Shown here: one piece after another, positions 36,181 to 47,247 of the stretch
Position numbering within the stretch: the stretch's first letter is position 1
How the letters are laid out: the number at the start of each line of letters is the position of its first letter
Virus record (IMG/VR): IMGVR_UViG_3300035161_000034
Location: 1 to 53,650 of that record
Source of the DNA: a virus
Lineage: Duplodnaviria > Caudoviricetes
DNA length: 53,650 nucleotides
Direction: 5' to 3' (one strand)
Program-made: the position numbers and the translations under genes
Notes under the pieces: model-generated
Databases searched by the model: none
What the model was told of the DNA's origin: nothing
What the model saw: the letters and a program-made list of their open reading frames with translations, nothing else

Positions 36181-37191
36181 TTATTGACCTTGATTCTGTA
36201 ATCGCTGAAACTGTAGTAACTGGTTAGGCTGCAACCCGGCAGTAAAGGCACGTAACACATCCTGATCTTCCGGCGTCCCTTGGCCTGCTTGAACACGTCG
36301 GATAACATCCGCAATGATCTGCTCTTGCAGCGTCGGCGGATTTGTGACTGCCTGTGCTTTTTGTATTGCTTCCGGCAATGACAGCCCTTCCACCCCGGTA
36401 TAATGATTGATTAACTGTTCACCAATGGATTGCTTTCCACCCGTTGCCGAGATCCGCGCCGCATCCCGCAATCCTTGCGCCTTGATGTCCTGCGCCAGTG
36501 CTTCAACACCGCCTGCCCGTTGTACCCGCTCCAGTCCTTCCAGTACGCCCGGTTGCAGGGATTCAATGGTAAATTCGCCATCCTGCCCCGGCCCTGCCCG
36601 GTCAAACAGCTTGAAGCTGCGGTTCATGCCCCGGATCACTTCCACCCCTTTACCATCCTGTATATCCTTCAGCACGGCGGCAAGACGGTTCGGCTGTGCC
36701 GGTTGCCCGGTTGCTGCACCGCGTGGTTGTGCGGCATTACCCTGACCGGCGGCACCTTTTTTGATACCAGATCGCTGATCAACCGCACTCGCCGCGTCAG
36801 CCGCATCCAGCCGGTCCTTATGGCGGCGGAAAAGTTCCTGCGCCTGCACCTGCTGATCTTTGGTTACCTGTGATGCTTGCACTGCCGGTACAACATTTTC
36901 TGTACCGAACACACCCCGAACAACGCCTTTACTGACATCTTTCAAGGCATTAATGCCGGTAATCTGATTAAACCCCTCAACCAGATTCAGTGTATCCTGC
37001 GGGAATCGACGAATTCCTTGACCAATCGCTTCACCAAGCTGCCCGGTGGTTGTCGTCGCAACTTTTCTCGCTGCGTTAGCGACAAGGTTGTCCGGGTTGT
37101 ACGCTTCAGACAAAGGTTTCGTGAGTCGTTGACCGAGTGGCAGCAGATTTTCATCCATGCGCTTTTGCAGTTCTGTTCGTTCGTCAGTCAT
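36181..37191 (-). CDS. putative internal virion protein
   Basis: Q/A/G-rich, immediately upstream of the giant protein. Confidence 0.65.
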   Translation of the reverse strand: MTDERTELQKRMDENLLPLGQRLTKPLSEAYNPDNLVANAARKVATTTTGQLGEAIGQGIRRFPQDTLNLVEGFNQITGINALKDVSKGVVRGVFGTENVVPAVQASQVTKDQQVQAQELFRRHKDRLDAADAASAVDQRSGIKKGAAGQGNAAQPRGAATGQPAQPNRLAAVLKDIQDGKGVEVIRGMNRSFKLFDRAGPGQDGEFTIESLQPGVLEGLERVQRAGGVEALAQDIKAQGLRDAARISATGGKQSIGEQLINHYTGVEGLSLPEAIQKAQAVTNPPTLQEQIIADVIRRVQAGQGTPEDQDVLRAFTAGLQPNQLLQFQRLQNQGQ

Positions 37192-37451
37192 ACGGTTTCA
37201 TCCTCATTCAGATTGGTATCCAGCAGCGTTGAATTGCGCACCGCACCACGGCGTGAACGACGAAACGGTCTGCCGGTTGCCGGATCGAGCGCGACACGCA
37301 CCTCGTCGGTCGGTTGATCGACCAGTCCGAGGCGGGTTTTCAGACTCTGCTGCGCGTTAATTACATCAGTGACGACCCCTGCGCGAAGATTGCGGCGCAG
37401 CCTTCGTTGACTGTCTCTGACCTGTTGTGCGACGGGTATGCCTAAAGCCAT
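37188..37451 (-). CDS. small basic hypothetical protein
   Basis: Fills the gap with a 4-nt overlap. Confidence 0.55.
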   Translation of the reverse strand: MALGIPVAQQVRDSQRRLRRNLRAGVVTDVINAQQSLKTRLGLVDQPTDEVRVALDPATGRPFRRSRRGAVRNSTLLDTNLNEDETV

Positions 37452-37452
37452 G

Positions 37453-39231
37453 TTATAAACTCACTACTAAGGTGTTGGTAAAGGAATTCGACCACGCCTC
37501 GATACTGCGTGCTTCTTTCAGATGCGTGGTGTTATGCGAGGTGTTGAACGCGGTCGAATTCGACGTCGATTCGGACGTGCTGTTATTGTTGCTGATCGAA
37601 TGCTTGCTGATTTCCGCAGCCGCCAACTGTCCGTCAATCTGCCCTTTCTGCCGTTCGTTGGCCTGTTGAATATTTGACGCGGCGACAATCGTACGGGCAC
37701 GGGCCAAGATGGACTGCGCGGTAATGCTGGAACACAACAGATCAACATCGGCGCTGATCATTTCACCCTTGGCGGCAAGCCCGGCAATATCGCCGAGCGC
37801 ATCAAGGCGCACACTCTCAACATCGACATGCGCGGCAATCGCCGCCGTATCTGCCGCTATCTGCGCGGCCTCCGCCGCAATGACCGACACAAACGCATCC
37901 ACCTCTGCCGCCAGTACTTCCGCCGGGAACAACGCATTCACATTGACATCCGCTTCCAGTTGCGCGATCTGTGCGCGGACGACCGCCCCGTACGCATCCC
38001 CCTGCGCCCGGTACGCCTGCGCTTCAGCAACATAGGCATCCACTTTCAGCCCTTCAGCGGCGACCTGCGCCCCGTACGCCTGCTGTGCAATATCGTCGGC
38101 TTCGACGGTTGCCTTGTATGCTTCCAGCCGCCCTTTAAACACATCCAGCCGTGCAGTGTTGACTTCGGCCTGCGCTTTCGCGGCTTCCACCTGTGCGCGG
38201 AACACTTCGACCTGCGCGTTAATGCCTTCCAGCCGTCCCAAGTACACCTTAACCTGACTCTCGTTCAGTTTCGCTACCACCTGCAAGGCTTCCAGTTCGG
38301 CGCGGTAAACCTCCAGCTTCGCCAGTTCCGCTTCCAGTTGCACCATGAAAATCTCGGCACGGACCCGGAACACCTGTGCGTCCACTTCATACAGGCTGAC
38401 TTCCGCGTTAAACAGTTTCACCGCCAGCTCTACCGCTGCGGCACGGCCTTCCAGTTCGCGCTGCTGATACTTGGCATGATTGTCGATGCGCATGGATTCA
38501 AACTTCAGAATCGCATCTACCGCCGCGCGGAAGTTTTCCTGCTTCAGCCGCGCGATTTCGATCTTGACTTCCCGGTCGAGCGACTGTTCTTTCATCATCC
38601 GTGCATGCAGGGCGCGTTGTGCGAAGTCGATTACGACCGCCTGCGGCACCTTCAGACCGCGCGATTTCACCACCTGCGTGACCCGGCTGACCATGCTGTT
38701 ATACAGTTCATCCTGACGGCTCCGGGCGCGGTTCCAGATCGCGTCCTGCACGTCGATCACCACACCCGTCGAATCATTCTCGACAAACTCCAGCAGCCGG
38801 GTTTCAATGTCCTGACTCAGTTGCGTGGTCAGATCCGCGTTCACCCAGTCAAACGTCGCATCCGGGGCATCCGGCAGCGTCGGCGCTGTCGCGTCAAACG
38901 ACGGCAGGTTCAACGTCGGCGCAGTCGGCAGATCCAGTGACCGGATCGTCGGCACCGGCGGCAGCGTGAAGTCCGGGGCGACCGGAATTTCGATCACCGA
39001 TAAGCCCGGCTCTGCTGGTAATGATGGCCGGACAATATCCGGGATGGTGATACTGGACAGCATCGGGCGGGTAACATTGAAGTCCGGCACCGTGCCAATA
39101 CTCAATGGCGTCACGTCGCCCAGTTCCGGGCGGGTCGGTGCGACCGGAAAGGTTGGCGTCAGACATTGAATACTGTCAGCAATATCCGGTAATGTAATAT
39201 TTGCAGGTGTTATTTGCGCATTGCAAGTCAT
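37453..39231 (-). CDS. coiled-coil virion protein, paralog 2
   Basis: Pro-rich N-terminus, long Ala-rich heptads, Ser/Thr tail. Confidence 0.8.
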   Translation of the reverse strand: MTCNAQITPANITLPDIADSIQCLTPTFPVAPTRPELGDVTPLSIGTVPDFNVTRPMLSSITIPDIVRPSLPAEPGLSVIEIPVAPDFTLPPVPTIRSLDLPTAPTLNLPSFDATAPTLPDAPDATFDWVNADLTTQLSQDIETRLLEFVENDSTGVVIDVQDAIWNRARSRQDELYNSMVSRVTQVVKSRGLKVPQAVVIDFAQRALHARMMKEQSLDREVKIEIARLKQENFRAAVDAILKFESMRIDNHAKYQQRELEGRAAAVELAVKLFNAEVSLYEVDAQVFRVRAEIFMVQLEAELAKLEVYRAELEALQVVAKLNESQVKVYLGRLEGINAQVEVFRAQVEAAKAQAEVNTARLDVFKGRLEAYKATVEADDIAQQAYGAQVAAEGLKVDAYVAEAQAYRAQGDAYGAVVRAQIAQLEADVNVNALFPAEVLAAEVDAFVSVIAAEAAQIAADTAAIAAHVDVESVRLDALGDIAGLAAKGEMISADVDLLCSSITAQSILARARTIVAASNIQQANERQKGQIDGQLAAAEISKHSISNNNSTSESTSNSTAFNTSHNTTHLKEARSIEAWSNSFTNTLVVSL

Positions 39232-41054
39232 CGGCAGTTCCCCAAATGTGGTCCGCGACCGGACGTGTCGATGGCGATCCCTTCCAGCGATTGCGAGTTG
39301 ATGACATTGTTCGAGGACGATTCTGCCGACGAACTAATGCTGACACAGGACTTGGTGTCGGAATCATTGAACGACTCGGACGTTGTTCGGGAGGTACTTC
39401 TTGAAATATTGCGCGACTGATTGAAGGTTTCCACCGAAATCGTCGCGGCTTCCGCCATTGCCTGCGCTTGCAGTTCGGCACGTACAATGGTCGCATCCAG
39501 TGCGTCGTTAGCCACTTCAATACGGTCGTTGGCGTCGATCCGCGCATCACTGACACGCTGACCGGCCAATGCCGACTTCATGTTCGCACCTTCGCTATCC
39601 ATCCGGGCAGACTCCGTTTTTATCACTGACGAAACACTCGCCTTGTACAACTTCGCTAATTCGCCCTGAATACCGCCTACGGCCTCAATTCTACTCCTTT
39701 CGGCATCGACTTGGGCCTTAAATGCATTATTCTGTTGTTTATATACTTCCAGCGGTGCCTTCTGGTTCGCGTTAAATTCCGCCAGTTGCGCCGCAACCTG
39801 TGCATCCACCAGTGTTTTATATACTTCCGCCTTGTCCCGGTGCGCCTCGGCTTGCGCGGCGAACGAGGTGAACCGTTGCGTTTCCGCCTTAATCTGTTCC
39901 ACGAAGCCATCGACTTTAGACTTCTCAGCCAGCAATGAGTACTTGGCTCCATCTACTTGAGATCGGTATTTCTCCGCGTTATTCAGATCGGTCTGCACCT
40001 TGATCTTCGCCGCCTCGACATTGCTCTTGTAAATGTTGACCTGCGCTTTAACGCCTTCCACCTGCGCCACATACAGATCCACCGCCGCCTGATCCAATTC
40101 CGCAATCAGTTGCCGCGCCTCCAGTTGCGCCTTGAATACCTCCAGCTTCGCCAGTTGCGCTTTCAGATTGGTACGGAACACATCGGCCAAGGTGGAGAAT
40201 ACCTGCACATCGACCCGCGCCAGTCCCAAGTGTGCGTTAAACAATTCAATCTTACTGTTCACCGCGATTTTCGCCGCATCCAGTATGCGCTGCTGCATGC
40301 GGTTATGGTCCTCGAACACCAAGGCTTGCTCCTGAATCCCGGATACCATGCCAAGCAACATGTTTTGCTGCTCCAGCCGTACCTGCTCGATCATCAGCTT
40401 GCGCGATTCTTCCGACGCCTGATCGACACCGGCTTCAAACTGGTCGGCGATTTGCCGCAAGGCCGCGCCGCCCGGCAGGATATGCCCCCGGCCACCATGC
40501 GCTTCAAAGGTTTTCGCCACGACATCCTGATCCACCTTGGCCGGGACATCCCGCGCCTTGTCCGCGATCAGGGCTTCAACATCCGGCGGCAGCGCGGTTG
40601 CCAGTCCCAAAATAAACTGCGACTGCTTCAACGCCAGATTGGTCAGTAACTGACTGCTGTACGCCTGATCACTCCAGACAAATGATTCGCTCTCCGGGAT
40701 TAACGGTGCGGAACGGAATACCTCGTTAAACACCGGCAGATTCACTACCGGTTCATCCGGGATGTCCAGACTCAACAGTGTCGGTACATCCGGCAAGGTG
40801 ATGGTCGGCGCTGCCGGGTTTTCCACCACCGTCAGATCCGGCGCTTCCGGCACCGGCCCGGCCAACGGATTCGGAAACGTAATCGTCGCCAGTAACGGCG
40901 GCTGCGAATCGAACTCCGGCGCATCCGGGATGTTCAGGCTGGCTATCGGTTGCGTCGTCACATTGCCGGTAAATGTTGAGAATTCAAAACTGCCAGCGGC
41001 GGCAACCGCGTCCGCTACGGCAGTCACCAGTACATCAGAGCCTAAGCAAGCCAT
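39228..41054 (-). CDS. coiled-coil virion protein, paralog 1
   Basis: Same architecture as 37453..39231. Confidence 0.8.
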   Translation of the reverse strand: MACLGSDVLVTAVADAVAAAGSFEFSTFTGNVTTQPIASLNIPDAPEFDSQPPLLATITFPNPLAGPVPEAPDLTVVENPAAPTITLPDVPTLLSLDIPDEPVVNLPVFNEVFRSAPLIPESESFVWSDQAYSSQLLTNLALKQSQFILGLATALPPDVEALIADKARDVPAKVDQDVVAKTFEAHGGRGHILPGGAALRQIADQFEAGVDQASEESRKLMIEQVRLEQQNMLLGMVSGIQEQALVFEDHNRMQQRILDAAKIAVNSKIELFNAHLGLARVDVQVFSTLADVFRTNLKAQLAKLEVFKAQLEARQLIAELDQAAVDLYVAQVEGVKAQVNIYKSNVEAAKIKVQTDLNNAEKYRSQVDGAKYSLLAEKSKVDGFVEQIKAETQRFTSFAAQAEAHRDKAEVYKTLVDAQVAAQLAEFNANQKAPLEVYKQQNNAFKAQVDAERSRIEAVGGIQGELAKLYKASVSSVIKTESARMDSEGANMKSALAGQRVSDARIDANDRIEVANDALDATIVRAELQAQAMAEAATISVETFNQSRNISRSTSRTTSESFNDSDTKSCVSISSSAESSSNNVINSQSLEGIAIDTSGRGPHLGNCR

Positions 41055-43210
41055 TAGTACACCTCCATTACACGTGTGTACGTGTTAAGTGAAAAATCTG
41101 CTGAGAAGTAACCGCCGAAACCCCCTGCCGCTGACCACGCACTTTCCGTCGATCCCTGCGATGTGCTGGTATTGGACCAGATGGTGCTAATCTGACCGTC
41201 ACCGTAATCGTCGCCATTTCGCGCCGTTGCTTGAAAAGTGCTACTGGTGTACAAAACGAACGGGTTTGAGAGCGGGTGCAACTCAGCGTCGATCAACTCC
41301 TGTATGCCCGGCGAGATATCATCAATATCAACCGTAATCCTGACATCCTTGACAGCACCAAAGCAGCTATTTTCTTGCCAGAAATCAATCCCGTTACCGG
41401 GCGATTCACCCTGCGCAATCGTAATTCGACTGGTGCCGCCGCGCATCGGTGTGTAAACTCCCGGCGGTGATGTCAACCGGCCAAAGACCTGATTGAAATC
41501 TGGATCGCCGTTAAATACGCCGATCATCGACAAGGTGCTGGGCAGCGAGGCGCTGGCACAACCTTCCGGCGCATTTTCCAATAGTTTTGCTTTTACCTGA
41601 TCACCGCCGAATGCCATCTGTGCCAGTGTGGTATTAATGACGTTGCGGGCAAAGCCGTCACTGATTAAAGCGGCTGCCGGGGATAGATCAATGCGCGGAT
41701 GATAAATAGAATCCGCCGGGAACTGTACGGCGTTCGGTTCGACATCCGGTCGCCAAGGTTCATCCTGCTCTGCAATTTCCTCTTCCAGAATCGGTGCGAC
41801 AAACAACCGCTCAGGTGTGTGCGGCGGCTGCGGTGGGGGCATATACGCGAAAACACCGCCGCTCCACCACCACGGTCCATGACCATTGGTGCCACGATCC
41901 GGCACCTTTGATGCAGTTTCATCTTTCTGACTGCCGGTCAGAAATGATTGCAACACGCCCGGTGTATTCCAATCTTCGTCCGCCCACTCCTGATACCATG
42001 CCGCCGAGCTACGAAGCCGGGGAAACCAGCCGCCGGGCAGGATTGACGACAAATATCCGGTATAGGCTTCAATCGTGACTTCATATTTATCAATCAGCTT
42101 GTACGGCCCCATGCCGATCTGCACATGCAGATCAAATTCTGTATTGTGAATGTTGTACTGATCGATAAACCATTCACCGCCCATCATCACCTTGATCGCG
42201 TAGCGACCAGATCTCGGTGTCACACAACCGGCCCCGGACCGATCCGTTACCGGTGTATCGTCATTGGTGCGGCGGCTGCGGATAATGACATCCCAATATT
42301 CTTCTTCATGATCCTGTGCATTCTCACCGTAATCCGTCGCGATGTAATTGAATTCATCGCCATCATCACCGGTAATCGCCGGATTCACCCATACTTCCAG
42401 TTTTGACGCATCACTGACTTCCGTATCCGCAGACTCCGCAACACAACGCCCGTCCGGGTACAGTTCCGTCGGCCCCTCCTGAGCCAGATCTTCACGGTTT
42501 TCAACTGCTTCTGTATGACTGCCGAATAGGTGCGGCAACACTGCCTGATCGGTAAACATGGCACGGTTGGAAATGACGTTATGCGTCGCATTGTCATTGC
42601 TGTCCGGGTTGATGGGTTCGTACACCACCAGATGCGGATAGACAAAACGGTTACCGCGCTCACTGCCCCACCCGGCAAAATCTGGATACCGCATATCACC
42701 GCCGGATCGGTGATGAATGCCCACCCACAAAAACGGCATGAAACCGCGTTCCGGCTCGGTGAGATCTTGTTCCGGGATATCCGGTAACTGGGGATTGTCC
42801 GGTGTCGGAGTGTCAATAATGGTACGCGACAGCGCCCCAAGGGATTGTGTCTTAACCACGGTGCCATCTTCAAGCTGTCTCACCCGCACCACATACGGTG
42901 GGTTTTCGCCTTGCGCCTGAATGACATTAACCCCGCTTTGCAGCTTCAGATCCGCCATCTGACGCATCGCAATTTTGCGATTGCGCAGCTCTTTATCGCT
43001 TAGCCCATTTAATGCCAGCTTGCCGAGGACCGGATCAAGCGGCTGATTGGTAACTTCCGGCGGCGCAATACGGAACAGTTCGCGCAACCCTTCGTCGAAA
43101 TCATCATTGGAGGCGAAATTAACCAGATCGTCGGCATTGATGATTTGCTCGGTATCAAAGCCGTCATCGTCTGGATGGGGGCCAAGATCGTCAAATTCAT
43201 CATCCATCAC
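41054..43210 (-). CDS. acidic hypothetical structural protein
   Basis: 718-aa ORF coupled to both neighbours. Confidence 0.75.
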   Translation of the reverse strand: MMDDEFDDLGPHPDDDGFDTEQIINADDLVNFASNDDFDEGLRELFRIAPPEVTNQPLDPVLGKLALNGLSDKELRNRKIAMRQMADLKLQSGVNVIQAQGENPPYVVRVRQLEDGTVVKTQSLGALSRTIIDTPTPDNPQLPDIPEQDLTEPERGFMPFLWVGIHHRSGGDMRYPDFAGWGSERGNRFVYPHLVVYEPINPDSNDNATHNVISNRAMFTDQAVLPHLFGSHTEAVENREDLAQEGPTELYPDGRCVAESADTEVSDASKLEVWVNPAITGDDGDEFNYIATDYGENAQDHEEEYWDVIIRSRRTNDDTPVTDRSGAGCVTPRSGRYAIKVMMGGEWFIDQYNIHNTEFDLHVQIGMGPYKLIDKYEVTIEAYTGYLSSILPGGWFPRLRSSAAWYQEWADEDWNTPGVLQSFLTGSQKDETASKVPDRGTNGHGPWWWSGGVFAYMPPPQPPHTPERLFVAPILEEEIAEQDEPWRPDVEPNAVQFPADSIYHPRIDLSPAAALISDGFARNVINTTLAQMAFGGDQVKAKLLENAPEGCASASLPSTLSMIGVFNGDPDFNQVFGRLTSPPGVYTPMRGGTSRITIAQGESPGNGIDFWQENSCFGAVKDVRITVDIDDISPGIQELIDAELHPLSNPFVLYTSSTFQATARNGDDYGDGQISTIWSNTSTSQGSTESAWSAAGGFGGYFSADFSLNTYTRVMEVY

Positions 43211-44481
43211 GTAATCCGCCGTTTGGTATCCTCTACATCAAAGGTAATCGCCCGGATCGCCACTGACCCGCCGGTCGAATTAAAGCCCCACTGCCAATGC
43301 CGTCCAACGACCCCTAAGCCTAACTTCACTTTCGCGCCATGCAGTCCGGTCAGCTTGCGCTGCACCGTGTACGACCGCTCGGTCTTGTTGTCCGCCGCCA
43401 TCGACATCGTAATGTCGCTACTCGCGTCAATCACCACATACGCCAGCGGAATCTTCTTGACACGGGTGCTGTTAATATCGGTCAGCCCGGATCGCACACG
43501 GGTTGCAATCGCGGTGCCTGAATCGGTTATGCCGGTCAACGCCACGATACCGGCATCCGTCGCAGCAAGGTCCAGCCCGGCAAACTTGGTCATACTGTTA
43601 ATTTCAAGCCCGGTGTATTCGGTTACCGCGTTCAGCCGGGTATTCACCGCCAGTCCTTCAAATACGGCAGTGACAACCGCCGCCACCCCTGCCGCATCGA
43701 CCACGGCGCTCGGTACGGTAATCGCCACCGACCCGGTATTATTCCCGGCATGGCTGGCAATAATCGTGGTACTGGGCACGGTAATACTGCCAGTGCCGAC
43801 CCGCCCGGTAACGCCAATACCCTGTATCGTCGGTGCCACCGTAACGGCTCCGGATATGATGGCGGCTTGCGAGCCGTTGCCATCGACCAGCGGGGCCGTT
43901 ACGGTAATCGACCCGGCTTGTGTGCCTGCCAGCGGGGTACTTTCCAGCGTCGCCGATACGACCACCCGCCCACCATTAACAGCCGCCAATCCAAGTCGGC
44001 CATTTTGTCCGACTGCACCAATTGTCGGTGCAGAAACATCGACCTCAGCGTAATCACGGCTACCCGCACGAACGTCCGCGCCGGGCAATAGCACCGATCC
44101 CGTGCCAATCGGCCCGTTAAGACCACTGCCAACGGCGGTAACATCCGGCGTATCCACATCGCCAGTGCCGGGAAAGCCAATCGCGCCGGTACTCGAAACC
44201 GTGACACTCGGGACAATGATATGGTCCTGAAGCCCCTGTCCGCGCACCCGCACCACCGGCGGGATGATATTCGCAACCCCGACCTTGCCGGACTGATTGG
44301 TGGTCGTGGTAACGGTAACGGTCGGCGCGGTAACACTGGCCGACCCTGCCCAACCGGTAAATCCTGACGCTAACGCCGTACTGCTAGGCGCAGTGACCTC
44401 ACCGGGGCCAAACGGTCCCGGATACCCGGCACCTAACGGGGCCGGGGCGGATGCGGTAACGTCACCAGTGCCGGTTGCCAT
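43207..44481 (-). CDS. Gly/Thr/Val-rich repetitive tail protein
   Basis: Repeated G.VT.P units; globular C-terminal domain GRHWQW. Confidence 0.75.
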   Translation of the reverse strand: MATGTGDVTASAPAPLGAGYPGPFGPGEVTAPSSTALASGFTGWAGSASVTAPTVTVTTTTNQSGKVGVANIIPPVVRVRGQGLQDHIIVPSVTVSSTGAIGFPGTGDVDTPDVTAVGSGLNGPIGTGSVLLPGADVRAGSRDYAEVDVSAPTIGAVGQNGRLGLAAVNGGRVVVSATLESTPLAGTQAGSITVTAPLVDGNGSQAAIISGAVTVAPTIQGIGVTGRVGTGSITVPSTTIIASHAGNNTGSVAITVPSAVVDAAGVAAVVTAVFEGLAVNTRLNAVTEYTGLEINSMTKFAGLDLAATDAGIVALTGITDSGTAIATRVRSGLTDINSTRVKKIPLAYVVIDASSDITMSMAADNKTERSYTVQRKLTGLHGAKVKLGLGVVGRHWQWGFNSTGGSVAIRAITFDVEDTKRRIT

Positions 44482-44488
44482 CTACTGA

Positions 44489-45262
44489 TTAGGTTTCAGG
44501 TAGTGTAATGCTGAACGACGACACGGTTTGCGTCGCGGATGTGACAAACGAGGTGCTGGACATGTTCAACTGCTGGCCGGATGTTCCGACCGCGCCGTCC
44601 ATGCGCACTTCTGTTTCCAGTGAATCCGCCGCCCCGCTGTCGGCAACCGCGCTGGTAAAGCGAAACCAACCTGCCGTACCGGTCGCAACTGCAACACCTG
44701 TCCATGTCTGACTGGCATCCTTGGTCAACACCCCTGCCGCGACCGGGCCGAAATCCAAGCCGTTGACGCTGTTGACACCGCCCGACATATTGGTGTCGGT
44801 CTTGGTAATCGTCGTGACCGTGGAGGCGACAACCAGTGAGTTTGCGCCGGTGCCGACACCCAGTTTAGCGGCGATGGTAATCACCGCGCCGGATGCTGAA
44901 GCCGTATATTCCGGGAACGACTGGCCGTTATTGATCGCATCCGCGACATCGCTGGCGGTCTGTGCCAGTGAGGTATTAAACGGTACTGCCGCTGGTAGAA
45001 TGGCAACACTGTCAACGGTAATGGCATCAACCGAACCACTCGCGCCACCCGTTAGTTCGACACTGCCGGTCGCCTTGACTTCATTGGTATGCGCACCGCT
45101 TGCGTCGGTAATGGTAACGAGCAATGTACCTGTCGGCGCATCGTCCGCGCTGGACGGCTGCGAGCCGGAATAAATCTGAATTTTGCCGCCGTTTAACGCG
45201 GAACGGTACGAACCTTGTTGGGCGACATGGTTACGAAAACCCTTGCTGAACCTGACTGTCAT
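44489..45262 (-). CDS. tail structural protein
   Basis: G.IQIYSGSQP..AD.A.TGTLL; GTAGWFR; R.DG.VG. Confidence 0.8.
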   Translation of the reverse strand: MTVRFSKGFRNHVAQQGSYRSALNGGKIQIYSGSQPSSADDAPTGTLLVTITDASGAHTNEVKATGSVELTGGASGSVDAITVDSVAILPAAVPFNTSLAQTASDVADAINNGQSFPEYTASASGAVITIAAKLGVGTGANSLVVASTVTTITKTDTNMSGGVNSVNGLDFGPVAAGVLTKDASQTWTGVAVATGTAGWFRFTSAVADSGAADSLETEVRMDGAVGTSGQQLNMSSTSFVTSATQTVSSFSITLPET

Positions 45263-45271
45263 TTGAGACTC

Positions 45272-46486
45272 CTATTGCTGTTGAACTACAATGTATTGAT
45301 GCACGTCTGACGTGCCGCGAAACAAGGCAGCGCCTTTACGCCGGGCCGTCACGTCGTAGCTGTCCGAGGTCAGGTTGACGAGGGTGCCGTCAGCGAAACC
45401 CGCCAACACCCCTTCCACCGACACAAACACCACGACATTCTGTCCGGCGAGTTCGATGCGACCGAACAACTCGTAGCCGTCCGCAATGACTGCCGTACCC
45501 GGAACGACACGACCAATCGAGGCGCGTGTCGCCTTCAGAGAGCCTTGTGCGTCGCCCTGTAGCACACTGACCCCTTCTTCCGTTCCAATAAATACCACTG
45601 ACTCCAGCGATGCCAGCATGTTGATGCGGCTTCCGTCGCAGGCGATGTACTCGCGCAGATCGACATGCTCCAGACTGTGTGTCGAGGTAACGTAAATTTC
45701 TTCGCCGCTGGCTATCAGGATGCGTCCCTTGTAGAACGTCAACCACTGCCCGGCGGGTGGTTTCTGCAACCATTGCAGATTGAGCGGCACCGACAACGGT
45801 GCGCCTGAATGCGTGAACGACTCGTCACCAACCGGTGCGGTCCCGGCCAAAAACAGCGCCTCGCCGTCGCGGTTGCTGACATAGATATTGATGTGACTGA
45901 TTTCAGTATCGCCGCTGTCCAACCATGTCACGGTAATCGAGGAATTATCGGCAAGATCAATCGTGTCCGGCAGACTGGTGCCGGATTCCACACCGTTCGG
46001 ACGCATCGCGGTCAGCACCACCTGATAACGTCCGGCCAGTAGAAGTCCTGAACCACTACTTGTCAGTCCGGCAATCAACGGCGGGTTCAACCCCCACGAC
46101 CGGTTCAGGCCGTTGTCGATAACACCGGTCAAGGTGCCGTCCGTCCAGTACACGCGGTCATCCACGCGCTGGAATACGACATCGGCACCGACACCACTGC
46201 GAATACTGGTGGTTGTCATATCCGGCCATAACCGCTTCAATACGCCGCCATCCACATAAAACGCCACTTCGCCGTCCGACCATAGGGATGTCGGTGATCC
46301 TGCCACCTGCAAGGTGGTGCCGGTACGACTGCGGATTTCGCGCCGGTCGGTAATGTCAATATTGCTGCCTGCGGTCAGTTCAGCAGGCAAGGATTCCTTG
46401 ACAGGTGAGATCCACCCGCTTTGCAGGCTTTCAGGATTGGCCTTGTTGTTGATTCCGGCGAATTGCTGGATGGTTTGTTCTGGCAT
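45272..46486 (-). CDS. tail tubular/nozzle-like beta-propeller protein
   Basis: F.GINN N-terminus, N.DI....I..R.G; TAATG coupling with the upstream gene. Confidence 0.7.
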   Translation of the reverse strand: MPEQTIQQFAGINNKANPESLQSGWISPVKESLPAELTAGSNIDITDRREIRSRTGTTLQVAGSPTSLWSDGEVAFYVDGGVLKRLWPDMTTTSIRSGVGADVVFQRVDDRVYWTDGTLTGVIDNGLNRSWGLNPPLIAGLTSSGSGLLLAGRYQVVLTAMRPNGVESGTSLPDTIDLADNSSITVTWLDSGDTEISHINIYVSNRDGEALFLAGTAPVGDESFTHSGAPLSVPLNLQWLQKPPAGQWLTFYKGRILIASGEEIYVTSTHSLEHVDLREYIACDGSRINMLASLESVVFIGTEEGVSVLQGDAQGSLKATRASIGRVVPGTAVIADGYELFGRIELAGQNVVVFVSVEGVLAGFADGTLVNLTSDSYDVTARRKGAALFRGTSDVHQYIVVQQQ

Positions 46487-47247
46487 TACCGGCTCCAAGA
46501 AAAGCCGTTACCGCCATAGCGTATTTGCGCGGGTGCGAATGTCTTACGCTTGAATTCTTTGATGGCGTTTTTGACGGCTTCGTCAAACGCCTGTTTATGA
46601 CTTTCAACGTCGATCTGACTGCCTTCATCGGCATCGAAGCCGCGTTTGGCGCGGTACGCCGCCCACTCCAGTACATCCAACTGGTAGTCGAGCGGAATCT
46701 CAGACTCGCGCGACTGCGAGAACTCCGAGTAGGTCGTCATCGGCAGTCGCGCGACACGCAAGTACACAGTATCGCCATTCTGATCGGCTGAGGGTTTCGG
46801 ATAGACCGACAATGTGACGCGGTTGTTGCCGCCGAACACGACCGTTTCATCGGTCCAGAATGCCAGCGGTTTACCGTTAGGTAGATCAGTACTTATGGTG
46901 GGGTCAAAGGTCAGAAATTCCGGTGTCGTCACTCCGGCGGCGACGGCATGGCCGGTGCGTACCAAGTCGTTGACCTCGGTATCGTATTTGGCGGAAATCA
47001 CTGACAGCACCGACGCATCCAGTGCGTAGTTCTGTGTGTCCGTCGCCAGTGTCACCTGTGTTGCCGCAACCGTGGTCGAGTCACGTAACAGCAGGGTCTG
47101 CCGGGCGAAACGGTATTCCGCGTCCTTGATAAATCGGATCAGCCGGGCATCGGAAAACAGGCGGTCATCGACACCGCCCGGTGTCAGATCGCTAATATCG
47201 CGAAGTAGATGCGTCCTGAGTTCATCCAACTGATCTTCAAGGTTCAT
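46486..47247 (-). CDS. head-tail adaptor (tail tubular A-like)
   Basis: L.D......FSD..L..FI..A; YP.P; IP..Y......WAAYRA. Confidence 0.75.
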   Translation of the reverse strand: MNLEDQLDELRTHLLRDISDLTPGGVDDRLFSDARLIRFIKDAEYRFARQTLLLRDSTTVAATQVTLATDTQNYALDASVLSVISAKYDTEVNDLVRTGHAVAAGVTTPEFLTFDPTISTDLPNGKPLAFWTDETVVFGGNNRVTLSVYPKPSADQNGDTVYLRVARLPMTTYSEFSQSRESEIPLDYQLDVLEWAAYRAKRGFDADEGSQIDVESHKQAFDEAVKNAIKEFKRKTFAPAQIRYGGNGFSWSR

